Below are positions 12,954-25,957 of a stretch of DNA of 64,000 nucleotides, piece by piece. Position numbers and translations under genes: made by a program. This stretch comes from Camelus dromedarius (taxonomy: Eukaryota), in NCBI RefSeq assembly GCF_036321535.1, contig NC_087436.1, positions 67,706,001-67,770,000 of the forward strand. Reading direction: 5' to 3'. The notes beneath the pieces are model-generated. The model searched no databases and had not been told where the DNA came from. It worked only from the letters and a program-made list of their open reading frames with translations. Position 1 is the first letter of the stretch. The number at the start of each line of letters is the position of its first letter.

Positions 12954-14297
12954 TGTCATCCTAAACTTATTCAGAGACTTCTCCCAATTAAATTTAAGTG
13001 CATAGGTTGTCAATTCTGGAAAACTGGTTCAGACTGGCATCCTGGTGACAGACCCCCACCACGTCCTCCACCTGCCTTCTGTCTGTAGAAAAACTTTAGT
13101 CAAGGAATAAACTTCATCAAAGAAGTGAGATAATGTAGAAGCAAAAGAAAGCAAATTGTTAGGCAATTAGATAGAAATGAGCACCCGGCAGCAAAGGGAG
13201 AAAGGGAGTGGGAGCAACCCAGAAAATAACAGTATGCCTGTGCTCAGGGTAAGGGGATTCAAAATCTTTTATGTTCTATAAACGATGTCCAGCAAAGAAG
13301 CTGGCCAAAATCAAATGCTGCTGCTGCACAGTAGAGAGAAGGACCTGGCTTAACTTGACCAATGCTCATTATAATGTAATTAACACTGCAGTCTGAACCC
13401 CCTCCCATAGGTTTCTCTGTGTGCATCATGGGTAAGAACATGCATAAAAGAGATGGGTGTACCTAAGCCTGAGCACAAGGAATGTGAACTGTCAACCAAT
13501 CAGCCTGAGCACAAGAAACACGAGCTGTCAGTGAGCTTGAGCACTGAAAGGACTGTGAATCAATCAATCAATCACGAAAATGCCCCCTTAGCCAAGATAT
13601 AAGAACAGGAAAAACAAAGGAGCAGTGCCATTTTTCCTCTCTTGGGTTGGCCCACACCCAATTAATTCTCTGGGGTGTACTATATATTACTATCTTTTTA
13701 CTTTACTGATAAAATCTTCTGTTTAAAAATTCATTTTTTTTCAGGTGAAAAAGAACTGGGGTATCTTTTTTCCTCTCCTCCTGGTAATGAAACAAGACCA
13801 AATAGTGACATTTAGTTCCTCCTCAAGGGCTATCAATAATATTCTGAGCCATATCCTTTGTGCTGTTTTATAGATACTGAAACCCCCACCAGGTGGAAGA
13901 AGTTAACTACATGATGACCAGACTGTAGCCATGACATAAGTTGCCACAATTATGAGAACTGGCCTAAAAGAAATAGGAACAAATCGACTCTGGAACTGTG
14001 CTTAAAACAATCAATATGATACTGATCAGACCACTGCATTACAAATTTCAAGATTATCATCAGAGCTGACCAGGTTATGCTGCATGTAGCCCCCTCCCTT
14101 CACACATACACTCCTGAAACTCCCCTTTAAAAGCTCTTGCCTATTGACTGTCAGTGGGGAGTCGGCCTTTGGACATGAGTCTACCCTCTCCCCTAGTTGC
14201 TAGCCTCTGGAATAAGGCAAATTTTCCTTTTTACCAAAATTTGCCTCTGGAGTATTGACTTTCCTGTGGTGAATAGGCAGACCTTACTTCGGTAACA
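12954..14297 (+). mobile_element. ERV1-like solo LTR interrupted by a second LTR
   Basis: Ends TGTCATCC...GGTAACA; flanks gtgg/gtga; 'cctttaaaagc' TATA-like and 'aataag' poly(A)-like signals in the 3' half. Confidence 0.7.
13157..13789 (+). mobile_element. ERV1-like solo LTR nested in the LTR above
   Basis: Starts TGTTAGGC, similar to the LTR at 25958; ends GGTAATG; flanks aaat/aaac; TATA-like gatataag at ~13596; internal 36-bp repeats. Confidence 0.7.
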
Positions 14298-14317
14298 GTG
14301 AGACTGATGGTGCTGAC

Positions 14318-14480
14318 TTATTCAATAAATATTTGCTGATGTCTTTTTAACCACTTACACATTCAGTGAATGAGTATTGAATGGCTCCTATTTGCTAGTT
14401 ATGTTTAGGCATTAAGGAGTCATCTATGAGCAAGATGGTATTAGATTTCATAATGCACACAATGGAGCATGCGAGGTAGA
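14318..14480 (-). mobile_element. L2 3' tail fragment(s)
   Basis: 'ttattcaataaatatttgctga', 'attcagtgaatgagtattgaatggctcctatttgctag'. Confidence 0.5.
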
Positions 14481-16427
14481 TAAATTATTCCTTTTGTAAG
14501 CAGTTGAGGAAGGACAGAGGACAAGATCTTCATAGGAGAGGACCTGGTCATGAAATTGAGGAGACAGACTATTGGACAGATCACACAAATATCAAAATCA
14601 GTAAAACTGGGTCATGAGCAGTATTAGAATAGGTGACAGAGATCCACATGCTAAATCTCCCATGGAAGGAAGAAGAGTGCTTCAAGTGTTGGATGCAGCA
14701 AGGAAAGGGAGTAGGTTGTATAGCTTGATGACATGCTGTTTGGAACTAATGTTTACAGTGGAATAAAAGAGACTAATCTAGAAACAATATGGAAGGAAAG
14801 GGATGTTATACCCCAACTCCAGGCCCAGTGGTTCTGAAGGATGGGGAGAGAAAGCCACCAGTTCTTGAAAGAACTGTCAGAAAAGCAGAAAAGAACCAGA
14901 TTTTAGTTAAAGGAAGAAAGTGAAGGGAACCTCAAAATGGATGAGAATAGAGAGGTATTTGCTGATGACTACGTATTCCAGAGGGCAAACTGGAAGAGTT
15001 TAGAAAATGGGAAGGAGTCTGTAAGTTACCATTACTAATTCTGGCATAGAGTGTGTCTAAAGATTACAGTGTGTGGAATGAGAAGTGGCCTGGGAGACCC
15101 CTATATCTGTGGTGACCAACATAACCAAGAGGGGCACAGCCAGGCTAGTCCTGATGCCAGCAATGACTATGACACTGAGAGGTTAGAAGGAAGGAGCAGT
15201 GTGGCAGGCACTCCAAACAGCATGCAGCATTCTGGCTGCCCACTTGCCCCTTGCCAAAGGAAGTCTGAAGACAGGTATCTGACCATACAGACACTCTCTT
15301 AATCTTTGCCAATATAATTGTACATGTAAATAATTAGGAATCTTTGATAAATTATATTTGATATAAAAAGAGAAGTAGAGAATAAATTTTTGGCCGAAGG
15401 TGAAGTGTAATCCTGGAGTTAGTTACTGTTTACTTTTTCAGATGCATTTCAGTCTTCTTCAGCAAAAGGTGAGCCTTCCCCTAGTTCTTCCAAGAGGAAA
15501 TACAAAGAAGCAGTAGTTAACATATTGTAAGGATCCTTGAAAGTGGAAAATAGTACTGTTTTTATAACTACTGTCTGTTCCCTGAACGGCAGCCACCAGC
15601 TTGAGTCCAACGGGATACAAAGACAAAATCAGCAACTCTAAGGAGAAACCTTATTTTCCCTTTACTTATATCCTTGCCTCAAGTCAGTAAACTAGGAACT
15701 TGAGCACTTTTACTGGTAATGACAAAAAAGAGCATTACCCTCTAGATCTCACTCACTCCCCTCCAAAAGAGAATTTTCTCTTCTTATTGGTAAGAGAAAA
15801 GAGAGTCCTGCATATTCATGGTCTTTGACCTTTCTTGGCATTGACTGTATGTTGCATGCTTTCTTCTCATTTCTTTGTGATGTCAAGCAATGTACATCAC
15901 GTTTGGTGTCTTATCTGGTTATCCATCTCTCAATTGCTTCAAATATTTAGAAGAGGAATTGGCTTTCTATCTACCTCACATCCCAATTTAAGGGATCATA
16001 CTCACTTTTTAGATAGGAAAACAGAGATAGTAGATTGTATAACTTAAAATTTGAATCAATGCCTTTTATTTCAAATCCATTGCTCTCTCTTCTACATTGT
16101 TGTACTTTCATCAGTGAAAAAGAATCAACTATACAAGTATATATTGCATTAAGTAATTGTCAACATACTCAAAAGTGATACTTCTGAATCATCCCAAGAG
16201 TACAGCAGATATAGAAATAGTTTCTAGATTTTCATTCTCATCAAAACACACACAATTTCTTCTAAAGATATTTAAATAATTGTTCAAGTGACCACTTTTC
16301 CTTGGGAACAGTTCCTTCCATGAGATGAGATCCAAAATTATAAATTACCACTAAGGTTTTTACTTGCACCCCTGCCAGGATTCATTTTCCTCTATATGAA
16401 GTCTTGAAGAACTTTATTTGTATCCTA

Positions 16428-16672
16428 TTGGTTAAGAGCAGACTCTGAAACCAAACTGGATTCAAATCCCAGATTGGCCAAGAGTTAGCTGGATCAGCTT
16501 GGGCTACTTTCTTAATCTCTCTATCCTTCAATTTTTCATCTAAAATAAAATGAATAATGCTATTATCCATGTCAGAGGGTTGCTGTGAAGACTGAATGAG
16601 CTGAATATATGTAAAATGCTTAGAAGGCTCCTGGGCACATAAAAATCACTATGGAAATACTGCTATTATCAC
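16428..16672 (+). mobile_element. MIR SINE, near full length
   Basis: 'tggttaagagcagactctg...ggattcaaatcccag...catctaaaataaaatgaataat...gagggttgctgtgaagactgaatgag...atgtaaaatgcttagaa'. Confidence 0.9.
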
Positions 16673-16827
16673 CATCTTTCTCTCTTGTTGATTTTACCTT
16701 AAGTTTCTTAGGACATCTACATGTATTTCTCTTACCAGTTTACATAAAAGAACTTTGCTATCTGTGGTTTTAGCACTCCTGGTTGAGACTAACTTTATCA
16801 TCTTGTTTAGGTATCATTAACATTAAT

Positions 16828-16950
16828 AAATGTATTTACTCAACAATTGTTTGTTGAGTGCTTCTTATGTGCCATGATTTGTTACATTACTGCTGAACAC
16901 AACCGTGCCTACCCTCTAGGATTTTATGTTCAAGTAAGGAAGATGGTTAG
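16828..16950 (-). mobile_element. L2 3' tail fragment
   Basis: 'atttactcaacaattgtttgttgagtgcttcttatgtgcca'. Confidence 0.55.
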
Positions 16951-19054
16951 TAATCTGCAAGTTTTAGGAAATAGAAATTTGAATACCACAGAGTATGAGA
17001 TAGATGCAGAAAGGCTTAATTAGAATTCAAATGTCTGGCATCGCTATTTCAATTTCACCTTTTCAAATTTGGCATTCAATACTGCCTAGATTTTATTTTA
17101 AAAATTATTAGCTATGGTGACCATTCTTAATTTGGATTTTCCTGAAATTTCTCATTATTTGATTTAACGAGGATCTACCCTATTAAATTCTCTCCCTGTC
17201 CTTTGATCCTTTCTTTGGTTCTAAAATCGTCCCTGGTCAGTAGACACATGTTGAATGAATAAATGGCTATTTTGCTTAAAATAAATGGCTATTTTGCTTG
17301 TCGTATTAGCATTGAGTTGCCTACACTGAAAACAGCAATTAGCTTGATTCACAGTGTTACAATGAATCTAACTAAACCAATTTTCTCCATTGCAATTATA
17401 GGTCCTAGAGCACACAGGACACTTGTAAGGCACTTTCCATATTCTGAAGAGTAAACAGTACTCACTGCTTCCTTGCTACTCGGATAGTGATAAATAACAA
17501 GTAAGAGAGAAAAACAAAGCAAAACAAAGCGACAACAACTGTCTGAAATGGTCACTGTGTGATGAACCCAGAGGAATTCTCTTTAGTTGCAAAAGTATCT
17601 ACTATATTTACAATATTACCATAAAATAGTAAAACTACAGTTAAGGAGCAACACATTATGTAGTTTAATATCACTAGAATATACATAAATCTATAATGCA
17701 TGTCATATCTTTTACTGGAAAGTCCCACTGACATTCTAAAGAATTTTTGAAAATCTTTGAGGAAACATCAAGTGAAAGAAGAGGTCTGAATGTGCAAAAT
17801 TAATAACGTTAAGTTCAGTGAGGGCTGCTGGTTCAGGAGCTGAAGTTGGAGAGCTTTTGAAGTCTACATAATAAATGTAACAGCTAAGAGTTTATTCAGC
17901 CACCTGGGGGCTGAGCTGGAGGTTTCTTGGACTTCACGACTTCTGTGAAGAAGGTGATCTCTTTCAGCTATGACTCAAAATGGACACTGATTACCAAACC
18001 CCACCCCCATCCAGATATTCAGAGATGGAAAACCATTCAGCAACCATAGCACAAGTCAGAGAGAGAACAAGAAGTGTCAAGACATGAGCAGCAGAGGAGA
18101 AGTTAATGTCACATAAAGAATATGGACATTTGGTAGAAGCTGCACTGGAAAAAATAAATAAAAAGTTCTCTTTACAGATGCCACTAACGCAGACAGAATG
18201 TATCATGTGAACTTCAATTAGTTGTAAACTGACTAAACATTCCCCAAACTTGATGTACCAGCCCAGAGAAGACGAGGAGTTTCTTCTGATACAGCAGTTA
18301 TGGGTGAGTCAGACAGGGGACATACCGAAGAGATGTGGAAAGGTCTAGAGCCATGATAAGAAAGGATTCAATTTATAGAATGTTTGTATATTTCAATCAC
18401 TTACTCTATAGCCACCATCATTAAAAACTGAGTTATAAATACATATGTTTTCACAAGTATAAGACAAACATTCATTAAAATTCATTTTTAAAGTTTTATA
18501 ATGTTCTACAAATAATACTCTTAAAGACTTCAACTATGAAGATGCCAACATTTTATCATTTCCAAATGAATACTTATTGTTTCCCAAGTTTTCTTTTTGT
18601 TGAATCACAAAATCTTTGCATTTTGTTTCCAATTTCCTTCATTGTTATTCAAAACATACATAGAAGTCATAAAATCACTGGAGAAAAGGGCCTTTATCAA
18701 AAGGCCTTTATGACTTCTATTAATAGGATTAATTAGCAATGCTATACTTTATACTTTACCTAGTTAATAGCTTCTTGGATATTTACTCTTTTATATCTTT
18801 ATGTACTATGTCAAGGTTTATTCCAGGCTTTGTGGCTAAGAAGTATAATTTATTTTATATATCTAATATATAATTTTATACATCTTATATATAGTATATA
18901 AAAGCCATTCTTGTGAATGTATGCTTAGAAATTGTTCAAAGATGGCAGTTACATATCACTATGAATACTTTTTGAACTAAAAAATCCTTTAGTTCTTTTT
19001 TCTTTGCAAGTTAAATATTCTTCAGTCATAAAATCTAATATTTTTATTTTTGAC

Positions 19055-20095
19055 TGGAATAGATTGAAATATTGATCTCAATTCATACTCCTCACTCCTA
19101 TGCTGTGACCTCATCATGGGAAAGTCTACTCCCCTATCCCTTGATTTGGGCTTAGCCATGTGACCTGTTTTGATCAACAGGTTGTTAGTAGACAGGATGT
19201 GAACAGTGGTTTGAATTGAGACTGAGTGGTGGAGCGTGACTTCTTCAACTCCAGGAATCCCATGTACATACCAAAGAAGCAGAGAGGTTTACCAAGGACA
19301 GGGTACCCCCCTGTCACAACACACAAATTTTTCATAGGGCTAAGCTTCCAAATAATTACTGCATTTATATTCAGCCATCAGCATAGCAGACTAAGCTCTA
19401 TGATTCATTTTGAATAAATTCATCATTTGTCATGATCACTTAGCCTTACTTCAGAGGCAGTTTGAGCCTCCAGCCCCTCAAGCATTACATACCCCTGCTT
19501 CTAACCAGTAGATTTTTTTAAAGGATAGTTTCACAGCGATCATAATGATATAGAAACACAACTTGAGTTGCTTTATTTCTGCTGTTGTAAGTGGCCACTT
19601 AGAGTTTGTATTTGTGTTAATTTTTTTTAGTTTAAAAAGCAAATATTAAGGAGTAATTTTTTTTTGCTTTAAGGCAAATTTTAGTTTCTATATAAAATGT
19701 TTTACTAAATTTGAATATTATTCAATTTATTTTTTAGAAAAAATACAGATTATTACTGATAGGTACATGATTATCTCATGGTTATTACTAATTTTTTTTA
19801 ATTTTAGGGAAGAAGAGTGTTAATAAAGAATCCTTTGGGGATGTCAAATATGGTGATAGTTAAATTGCTGAGGGAAGGAGTTCCCTACAGAGACCTCCTT
19901 CAACCTGGGCCCCAGAATGAGGCACCTGTAGAACTGATCATAGCTGCAGCCAATCTGGACCAAAAAATAGCCTGAAGTTCAAGGACAGTCAATTCACACC
20001 CCAGTGAGTGTGAAAAGACGCTTGCCTTTAGAAGCCCTGAGTGTTGTGATGGTATGTTATTTAGGATTATTGTGGCATTAGTACACCAAGACACG
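19055..20095 (+). mobile_element. MaLR (MLT1-type) LTR split by an internal insertion
   Basis: 5' part 'cccttgatttgggcttagccatgtgacctgttttgatcaacagg'; 3' part 'agaagccctgagtgttgtgatggtatgttatttaggattattgtggcattagtacaccaagaca'. Confidence 0.65.
19280..19870 (+). mobile_element. Probable hAT-Tip100 (Arthur1-like) DNA transposon inside the MLT1 LTR
   Basis: AT-rich insert with ends 'cagagaggtttaccaaggacaggg' and 'ggggatgtcaaatatggtgatagttaaattgctg' resembling Arthur1 termini (from memory). Confidence 0.45.
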
Positions 20096-20174
20096 TACTG
20101 TCTTTTCAGACTTTCATTTATTTACTGCTCAAATTGTTTTATCTACCATTTCACCTTACACAATGTCTCAATCA

Positions 20175-20560
20175 CAGAGAGTCTGTTGATTGATTGATAC
20201 TCAGCTTTAGACTAAGGGGATTTACAATCTGACTGAAGATAGAAAAGCCCACATGGAAAGTTATAACAATGTAGGCACAGTGTGATTGGACAAGTTGTGT
20301 GCATGTGATGAATGCTACAGAGGTTAAAAGGAGAAAAGAAAACAGTGGATTAATGACCTCTGTGGAAGAAAATATAGAGGAATTGGTGAAGTCTGTTGAA
20401 GAAACACATTTTGGGCTGTATTTAAAGAATTCACTGAATTCAGGATACTGAGAGAATGAGGAAAGGTATGTGCGAAAATAAAGCACATAAGACAGGCATA
20501 ACTGAGCACAGCATTCTTAGGAGTACGTGGGTCATGGAGAGGATATTTTTGAAATAGACC
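20175..20560 (-). mobile_element. L2 fragment
   Basis: 'ggatttacaatctgactgaaga', 'cattttgggctgtatttaaagaattcactgaattcagg'. Confidence 0.55.
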
Positions 20561-20740
20561 ATACTAGGTTTAGGCTTTGCCTCTTGCCTACTGGAGTAAA
20601 TAAAGGAACATTATCTAACATTTCAGGGCCTTTGTTCTCTGTAAGTGAGCTACTTTCTTAGTGAGATTATTCTGAGGATCAAGTGGGGTAGGATTACAAA
20701 CTGAGGTATGGTATGTTGTATACATTAACTAAAAAAAAAA
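20560..20740 (+). mobile_element. MIR fragment
   Basis: 'ctaggtttaggctttgcctcttgcctact...gagattattctgaggatcaagtgg'. Confidence 0.5.
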
Positions 20741-23214
20741 CAGAAAAAAACTATTACTTCACACCCCTCATTTGATTTCTTTTCTCATGTCCCATATTTA
20801 TTTTTTGCTTTATTGTCTTGTTCATGTTTCTGTGCTCAAAATATACCTACATATCTAATATTCATCTTAAGTTTAAGTCTGGAGTATGAAACGGAGAGAA
20901 ATAGAGCCATAAAACTGAGAGATCAGTAAACAGAATGAGAATCTAGTACTCTTTTGTTAAATTTGACCAATGTCACCAATAACTATCTTCTAAGCAGTGA
21001 TAATAAGAGTCAGAGTCTATGAGTTTCCATGTTTTCTGGGCTATGAATGAATCAGGGTGAGTGATCACTAGCAAGAGATGAAAAAGCCCTCTGTGTTTCA
21101 AAATGTTTCTTTTTGAGAAGTTCAATAAACTAAAATAGGAGCAAGCAAAGGGCAACCATAGAGAGAGATTAGGCAACAGATGTGCGCGTGCATACGCACC
21201 CTCATACTCACACACTGCATCTCAGCACAAGATTTTCTGAGGTTTAAAGTACAAATGCTGAGATATGTTCAAGGTTGCACTGAAGAAAATTCTATTACAT
21301 AGAATGTGTCCTTAGAGACAAACACACTTACTGCACAATTTCTGGGTCAAGAACAAATGCTTTGAAAGAAGATGCTTTCTGCTTTCACACTTATATTTTC
21401 TCTGTCTGTTCTTGTTGTGTTGCATCTGTACAAAAAATTGTATTTACAAAGTTCTGTATAAATAAAAATAATTTTCAAAAGAGCAAATTAATTAACTTGT
21501 GTCTGACAGAGCATTAATTTTCTTTGGAGGACTCTCAATTCAGAAATAAGTTTGTTAATCAACACAGTTCAAAATGTAAACACATGCACATATTTATAGC
21601 ATATTAAATAAAACTAAAAAATACCTAATAAAAATAACTTTTTTGAGATTAAGCTTCCCCATTTTTAAGGCAGGCTGTGGAAGAATTGGGGAAATTCAGC
21701 TCTGAGATGCAATGGAGATAGAAAAGTCAAAAAGCCCACAGGAGACAGAAGAGGCCAGACAGAACAGGGTTTGGGGAGAGTACCTGGCTGTAGGGTGTCC
21801 TCCCTCAGAGTTACAGCCATCAGTGAGCACTAAGGTTTCAAAGGCAAAGAGCAACTTGGGCTTAAACTAGTCACCATAGCAAGAGAACTCAGAGACATTA
21901 TTCGATGTGACAGGGCAAGGCATGCATCCAGATAGCAAGAAATAGTAAAGCCAAACACAGAATTATTGTATTTTCAGAATAGGAAATAATACTCAATTTC
22001 TACTGGGAAGCTGGAATGAATTAGGTAAAGTATAAGCATCTGGTTGGAAGGGGGATACTAGAGGACTTTTTACACAATAGTTTTTGTATTGAGAAAATCG
22101 TTGTGATTTAGCGAGAGCCAAGGTTGATGGAGGTTTTTGCTGGGAAGCAAAGTTGCACCTCAGCATCACTTCTGTGATGCCAGTCAAGCAACCTAAGATT
22201 GAAGCCAGAGTTTCAGTTCTAGCAGGGGATTGTAGCTTGGATGAGAGAAAAAGCTTAGTGAACATAGTGGGGACTAGAAGACGCCTAGAGCACAATGCGC
22301 ACACACACAACCAGGGCTTGCCCCAGGGACACTGGGTCCTCCAGGCTACGTTTATTCAGAAGGTGGGGGCCTATAATAAACAACAGGGTTGGTTCCCTTA
22401 TTGGTCCAAACTGAGCCCATGGACGAAAGGATGAGCATAGCTGTGCAAAGACTATGTTGGGTAAACACTAAGTATCCTCATACCACATGTGATTTTGGGT
22501 CATCTGAAAAATTAAGGCAAAAAGCACAATAAAATTTAAAACTGTAAGCAGAAATCAATTCATTTATTGTATTTTATTTCTGTTAACTTTACTGAAGGAA
22601 TAAAAATATTCTTAATGCTAAATTTTTTTTTAGGCTTTGATTCTTTTATCTAAAAAGATAATGAATAGACAGTTAAATCTTGCCTCAAAGATTCACCCAT
22701 TATATAGATGAGACATTATGTACTCATCTGAGCCTACTTGGTGCCCTTCGAAAGTCTCTCCACATCTACTGGTGAGGTTGCAAGCATGACAAGGCTCCAG
22801 TGCTCCATTCTAACTCCTTACAAGATTTTTTCTAGGCTTAGCTTCCTACCCCATACCCAGAATCCAATCTGTCCTGTCCTAATGTCTCTATTTTTTTTCC
22901 TGCTGCTTTGTTTCCATGTTTTCTTCTCACATGTGACTACACTTAGATTATTTGTCTGGCTTATGTTTTATATGACCTTGTCTTTGGGTTTTTCTTGATA
23001 ATACCCAAATTGAGGATTTCTGCCCAAGTTCCAGACCTACTGTCTTCAGTCCCCTATCCCCATCAAGATCTTCGGCCTCTAGACACCCATTTATCTAGGA
23101 AGCAGTTTAAACACCAAAACCATCGTATGATGAAGATCCTAATTATAAAAGATACACCTTAAACTTTTTCAAACACTCTGAAGTCAATTGTTGAAATTAA
23201 AATAGAAGCTTTTC

Positions 23215-23355
23215 ACTACACTAGTTAGAGGGCTTTCTTAAGACAGGGACTTGTTTTTTCACCAGCACCTAATAAAAAGCCCAGCATGTAGTAAACTCTG
23301 CCTATATGTAGCTAAGTAGTTGACTCATCGACTGACCTACTGACATAATGAATAA
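23215..23355 (+). mobile_element. L2 3' tail
   Basis: 'ttcttaagacagggacttgtttt...cagcacctaataaaaagcccagcatgtagtaaactc'. Confidence 0.55.
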
Positions 23356-23504
23356 ATGGAACCAAATACCCTCTGTGGTGTCTTAAACAAAATAGATGAA
23401 ACATCTAGTTTAGGGTGAGATGGGGTCATAGAAGTTTGGTGACAGTACGCCACTACACTTCTCTAGAGAAAGTCTGAAAATCCAACTCTATTGAACTTTG
23501 ACTA

Positions 23505-23770
23505 CATTTAAATTATTCAGTTATAATTAACATACATTATATTGGTTTCAGGTGTACAACATAGTGATTTGATATATTTATATATTATGAAATGATCACC
23601 ACATTAAGTCCAGTTACCATCGGTCACCATATAAGGTTGTTACAGTATCATTGACTATATTCCCTATGTGTATGTTATACCCCCGGGACTTACTTATTTT
23701 ATAGCTAGAATTCTGTTTCCCTTAGTCCCCTTCATAGCTTTCATCCATCACCACCCACTCAAGCCCTGCC
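23505..23770 (-). mobile_element. L1 3' UTR fragment (L1MA-like)
   Basis: 'ggtttcaggtgtacaacatagtgatttgatatatttatatattatgaaatgatcaccacattaagtccagttaccatc'. Confidence 0.85.
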
Positions 23771-25051
23771 CATCCTAATTGTCTTCAATATACCTTTCTT
23801 CTGACCATCAACCTCCACAGGTATGTGAAGAATAACTGAAAACAGATATTAATCTATATCCTCTGGTATCACCTAAAGTTTAACTTTGAATTTCTCATGG
23901 AGCATTCCATTTTAAAACTCAGCACCCTGAAAACTAGTTTCTAGGAGTTGAGAGTGCTAAGTTTTCCTATCTGTTTTCCTTCCTGGAATGCTAGCCATGG
24001 CATAAGTAACCTTAATTTATCACTGACATCATCATTTATTACAAGCCTTCCTCCTAACAATCCACTGCCTTTTAGTGTCCTTTCTTTTACTTATTTATTT
24101 TGACGGCCTGCCCAGCTCTCAGTTTGCCTTGCATTCCCTATTTGCCTTCCAGCCAAGTGGCTAGTGCTGACTGAGAGGCCATCACCATCCATCACCATCA
24201 GTGGGCTGCTCATTTTTCATCACATTTCAAATGGATGGTGCATTTCAGTTCTCACATCTCCAATGCCTTTAGCCTCTCTTCCAATAATTCCTCACTTTAA
24301 TATTTAAGAGGCACCCAAAAGTTTCGATGTTTCAATGTCTGGCTTCACAAGTAAGCAGGGTGCAGCCAGACAACAAATTCTCTCTAACTTTGTGTCTCTT
24401 CTTCTTTTGGTAAATGAGTGCAGAGATGGGCTGGAAATTATTTGTACTTTAGTGGTAAATCATCAACTCTGTACTGGTATTAATGTCTTTAGTGTGGAAA
24501 ATAGTGTTTTGTTTTGTTTATAAAGATGCACTTTTAAATCTTAAGTGAAAAAAATTTCAGAGTCCAATTAATTACTTCGTTGGTTTGTATACAACTCTTC
24601 AAATAGCTGAAGTGCAAGTTATTCTCACAGTGTGGTCGTATTTTGCATCTAGAATAGAGTTCAGATTATAAAGTAAGCATTCATTATTTTAAACATATGG
24701 TACTTTCCTCTATTTTTATTTATGCTCCAAAGATCTGAATCTATGTTCACTGCTGCAATCCTAGTTGATATAGACAAATTCAAAGAGAAGACAGTAGTGG
24801 CTTTTATATTTGTTTACCTAGAATGCTTACAAAGGAAAGTGTATTACACTGGAGATGTGCCCTGAACACTGGGAGGCGTAATTTTAATTGACAAAGATGA
24901 CCATGTAATCTGTGATTCCTAACTGTTTATACGCCTAAACATTAGAGTCCAAAAAATGATTTTCAAATACATTTTAGATGCCACTTTTTAGACTTTTAAA
25001 AATATAACAGGGTAACTGCATAATTAATTGTACAAACACTTTAGACAGTGG

Positions 25052-25493
25052 TATTACAATCAAACACAAATGGAGACCAGACTTGAAAATTCCCTGAACA
25101 GACAAAACTAGTTTAGTCATACAAGCAAAGCTTAGTTTACCTTATTTTGCAAGACAAGTGAGGCTAACTTGACCAGAAACTTCTCACTCATGACTCTGAA
25201 AATCTTAAGTAAAACTTAAATTGTTCCCCACACTTGAAATAATGTAATCACTAAATAATTCCCTTTCATTTAAGGAAATTCTGACATTGCAGCCCACCAC
25301 TGTGAAGAAGGAACACTCACTGCCTCCACTCTGTATAAGCTGCCTTATGATAACTCACCTCCGAGCCTCATTCCATGTTTTGGTTTGAGTGCCTGGTTTA
25401 CAAAACGGTCTTGTTGGTGTATGCACAACTTTCCTAATTACTACTTCAGGGATTCATTGGTTTTACTGATGTTTTTTCCCTGAACTGTTGACA
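25052..25493 (+). mobile_element. Old ERV1-like solo LTR
   Basis: Ends T(A)TTAC...GTTGACA; flanks gtgg/gtag; 'ctgtataagctg' TATA-like; about 440 bp. Confidence 0.55.
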
Positions 25494-25957
25494 GTAGGAA
25501 AAGCACCACAAATAGTAAAAATTACATGTATTTTCTAAACATTTATTTACTTGGTTAATTGATTATATTGGTAATCTATGAAATAATGCTATTCAAAATC
25601 TAAAGCCTCAAAAGTAAAATTTTTTCTAAAGGTAAGTTCATGTACATTAAAGAAACATGTTTAAAATCTTTATATGAATTATCAGAACATTAAAATAATC
25701 TAGGCCAAAAATATTGTAATTACATATTCACATACTTTAATTTCTTAGTCACAGTTGTCTCTAATTCTTTGTCAGTTTTAGAAATAGGAGGGTTTTTGGT
25801 AAATAAGTTTTTATGTTCTTCTTTTTTGCAAAATATGTCTAAAATCTTCTCAAAGTTGCAATTTAATGGGTAACCCAAAGAGTACATCTTCAATTAACAC
25901 TTCTCCATAGATCATAACATTTTTAATTGAAAAAAATATTGCTTATCTAGGAGGTAC

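Noticed and set aside
13466..13565. 36-bp periodic repeats as a CRISPR-like array
   Set aside because: Only 2-3 degenerate units inside a mammalian LTR, related spacers, no cas genes.
14480..15300. Purine-rich stretch that may be an old repeat (likewise 11400-11870, 17780-18350, 21720-22460)
   Set aside because: Could not assign a family or termini by eye; left unannotated pending RepeatMasker.
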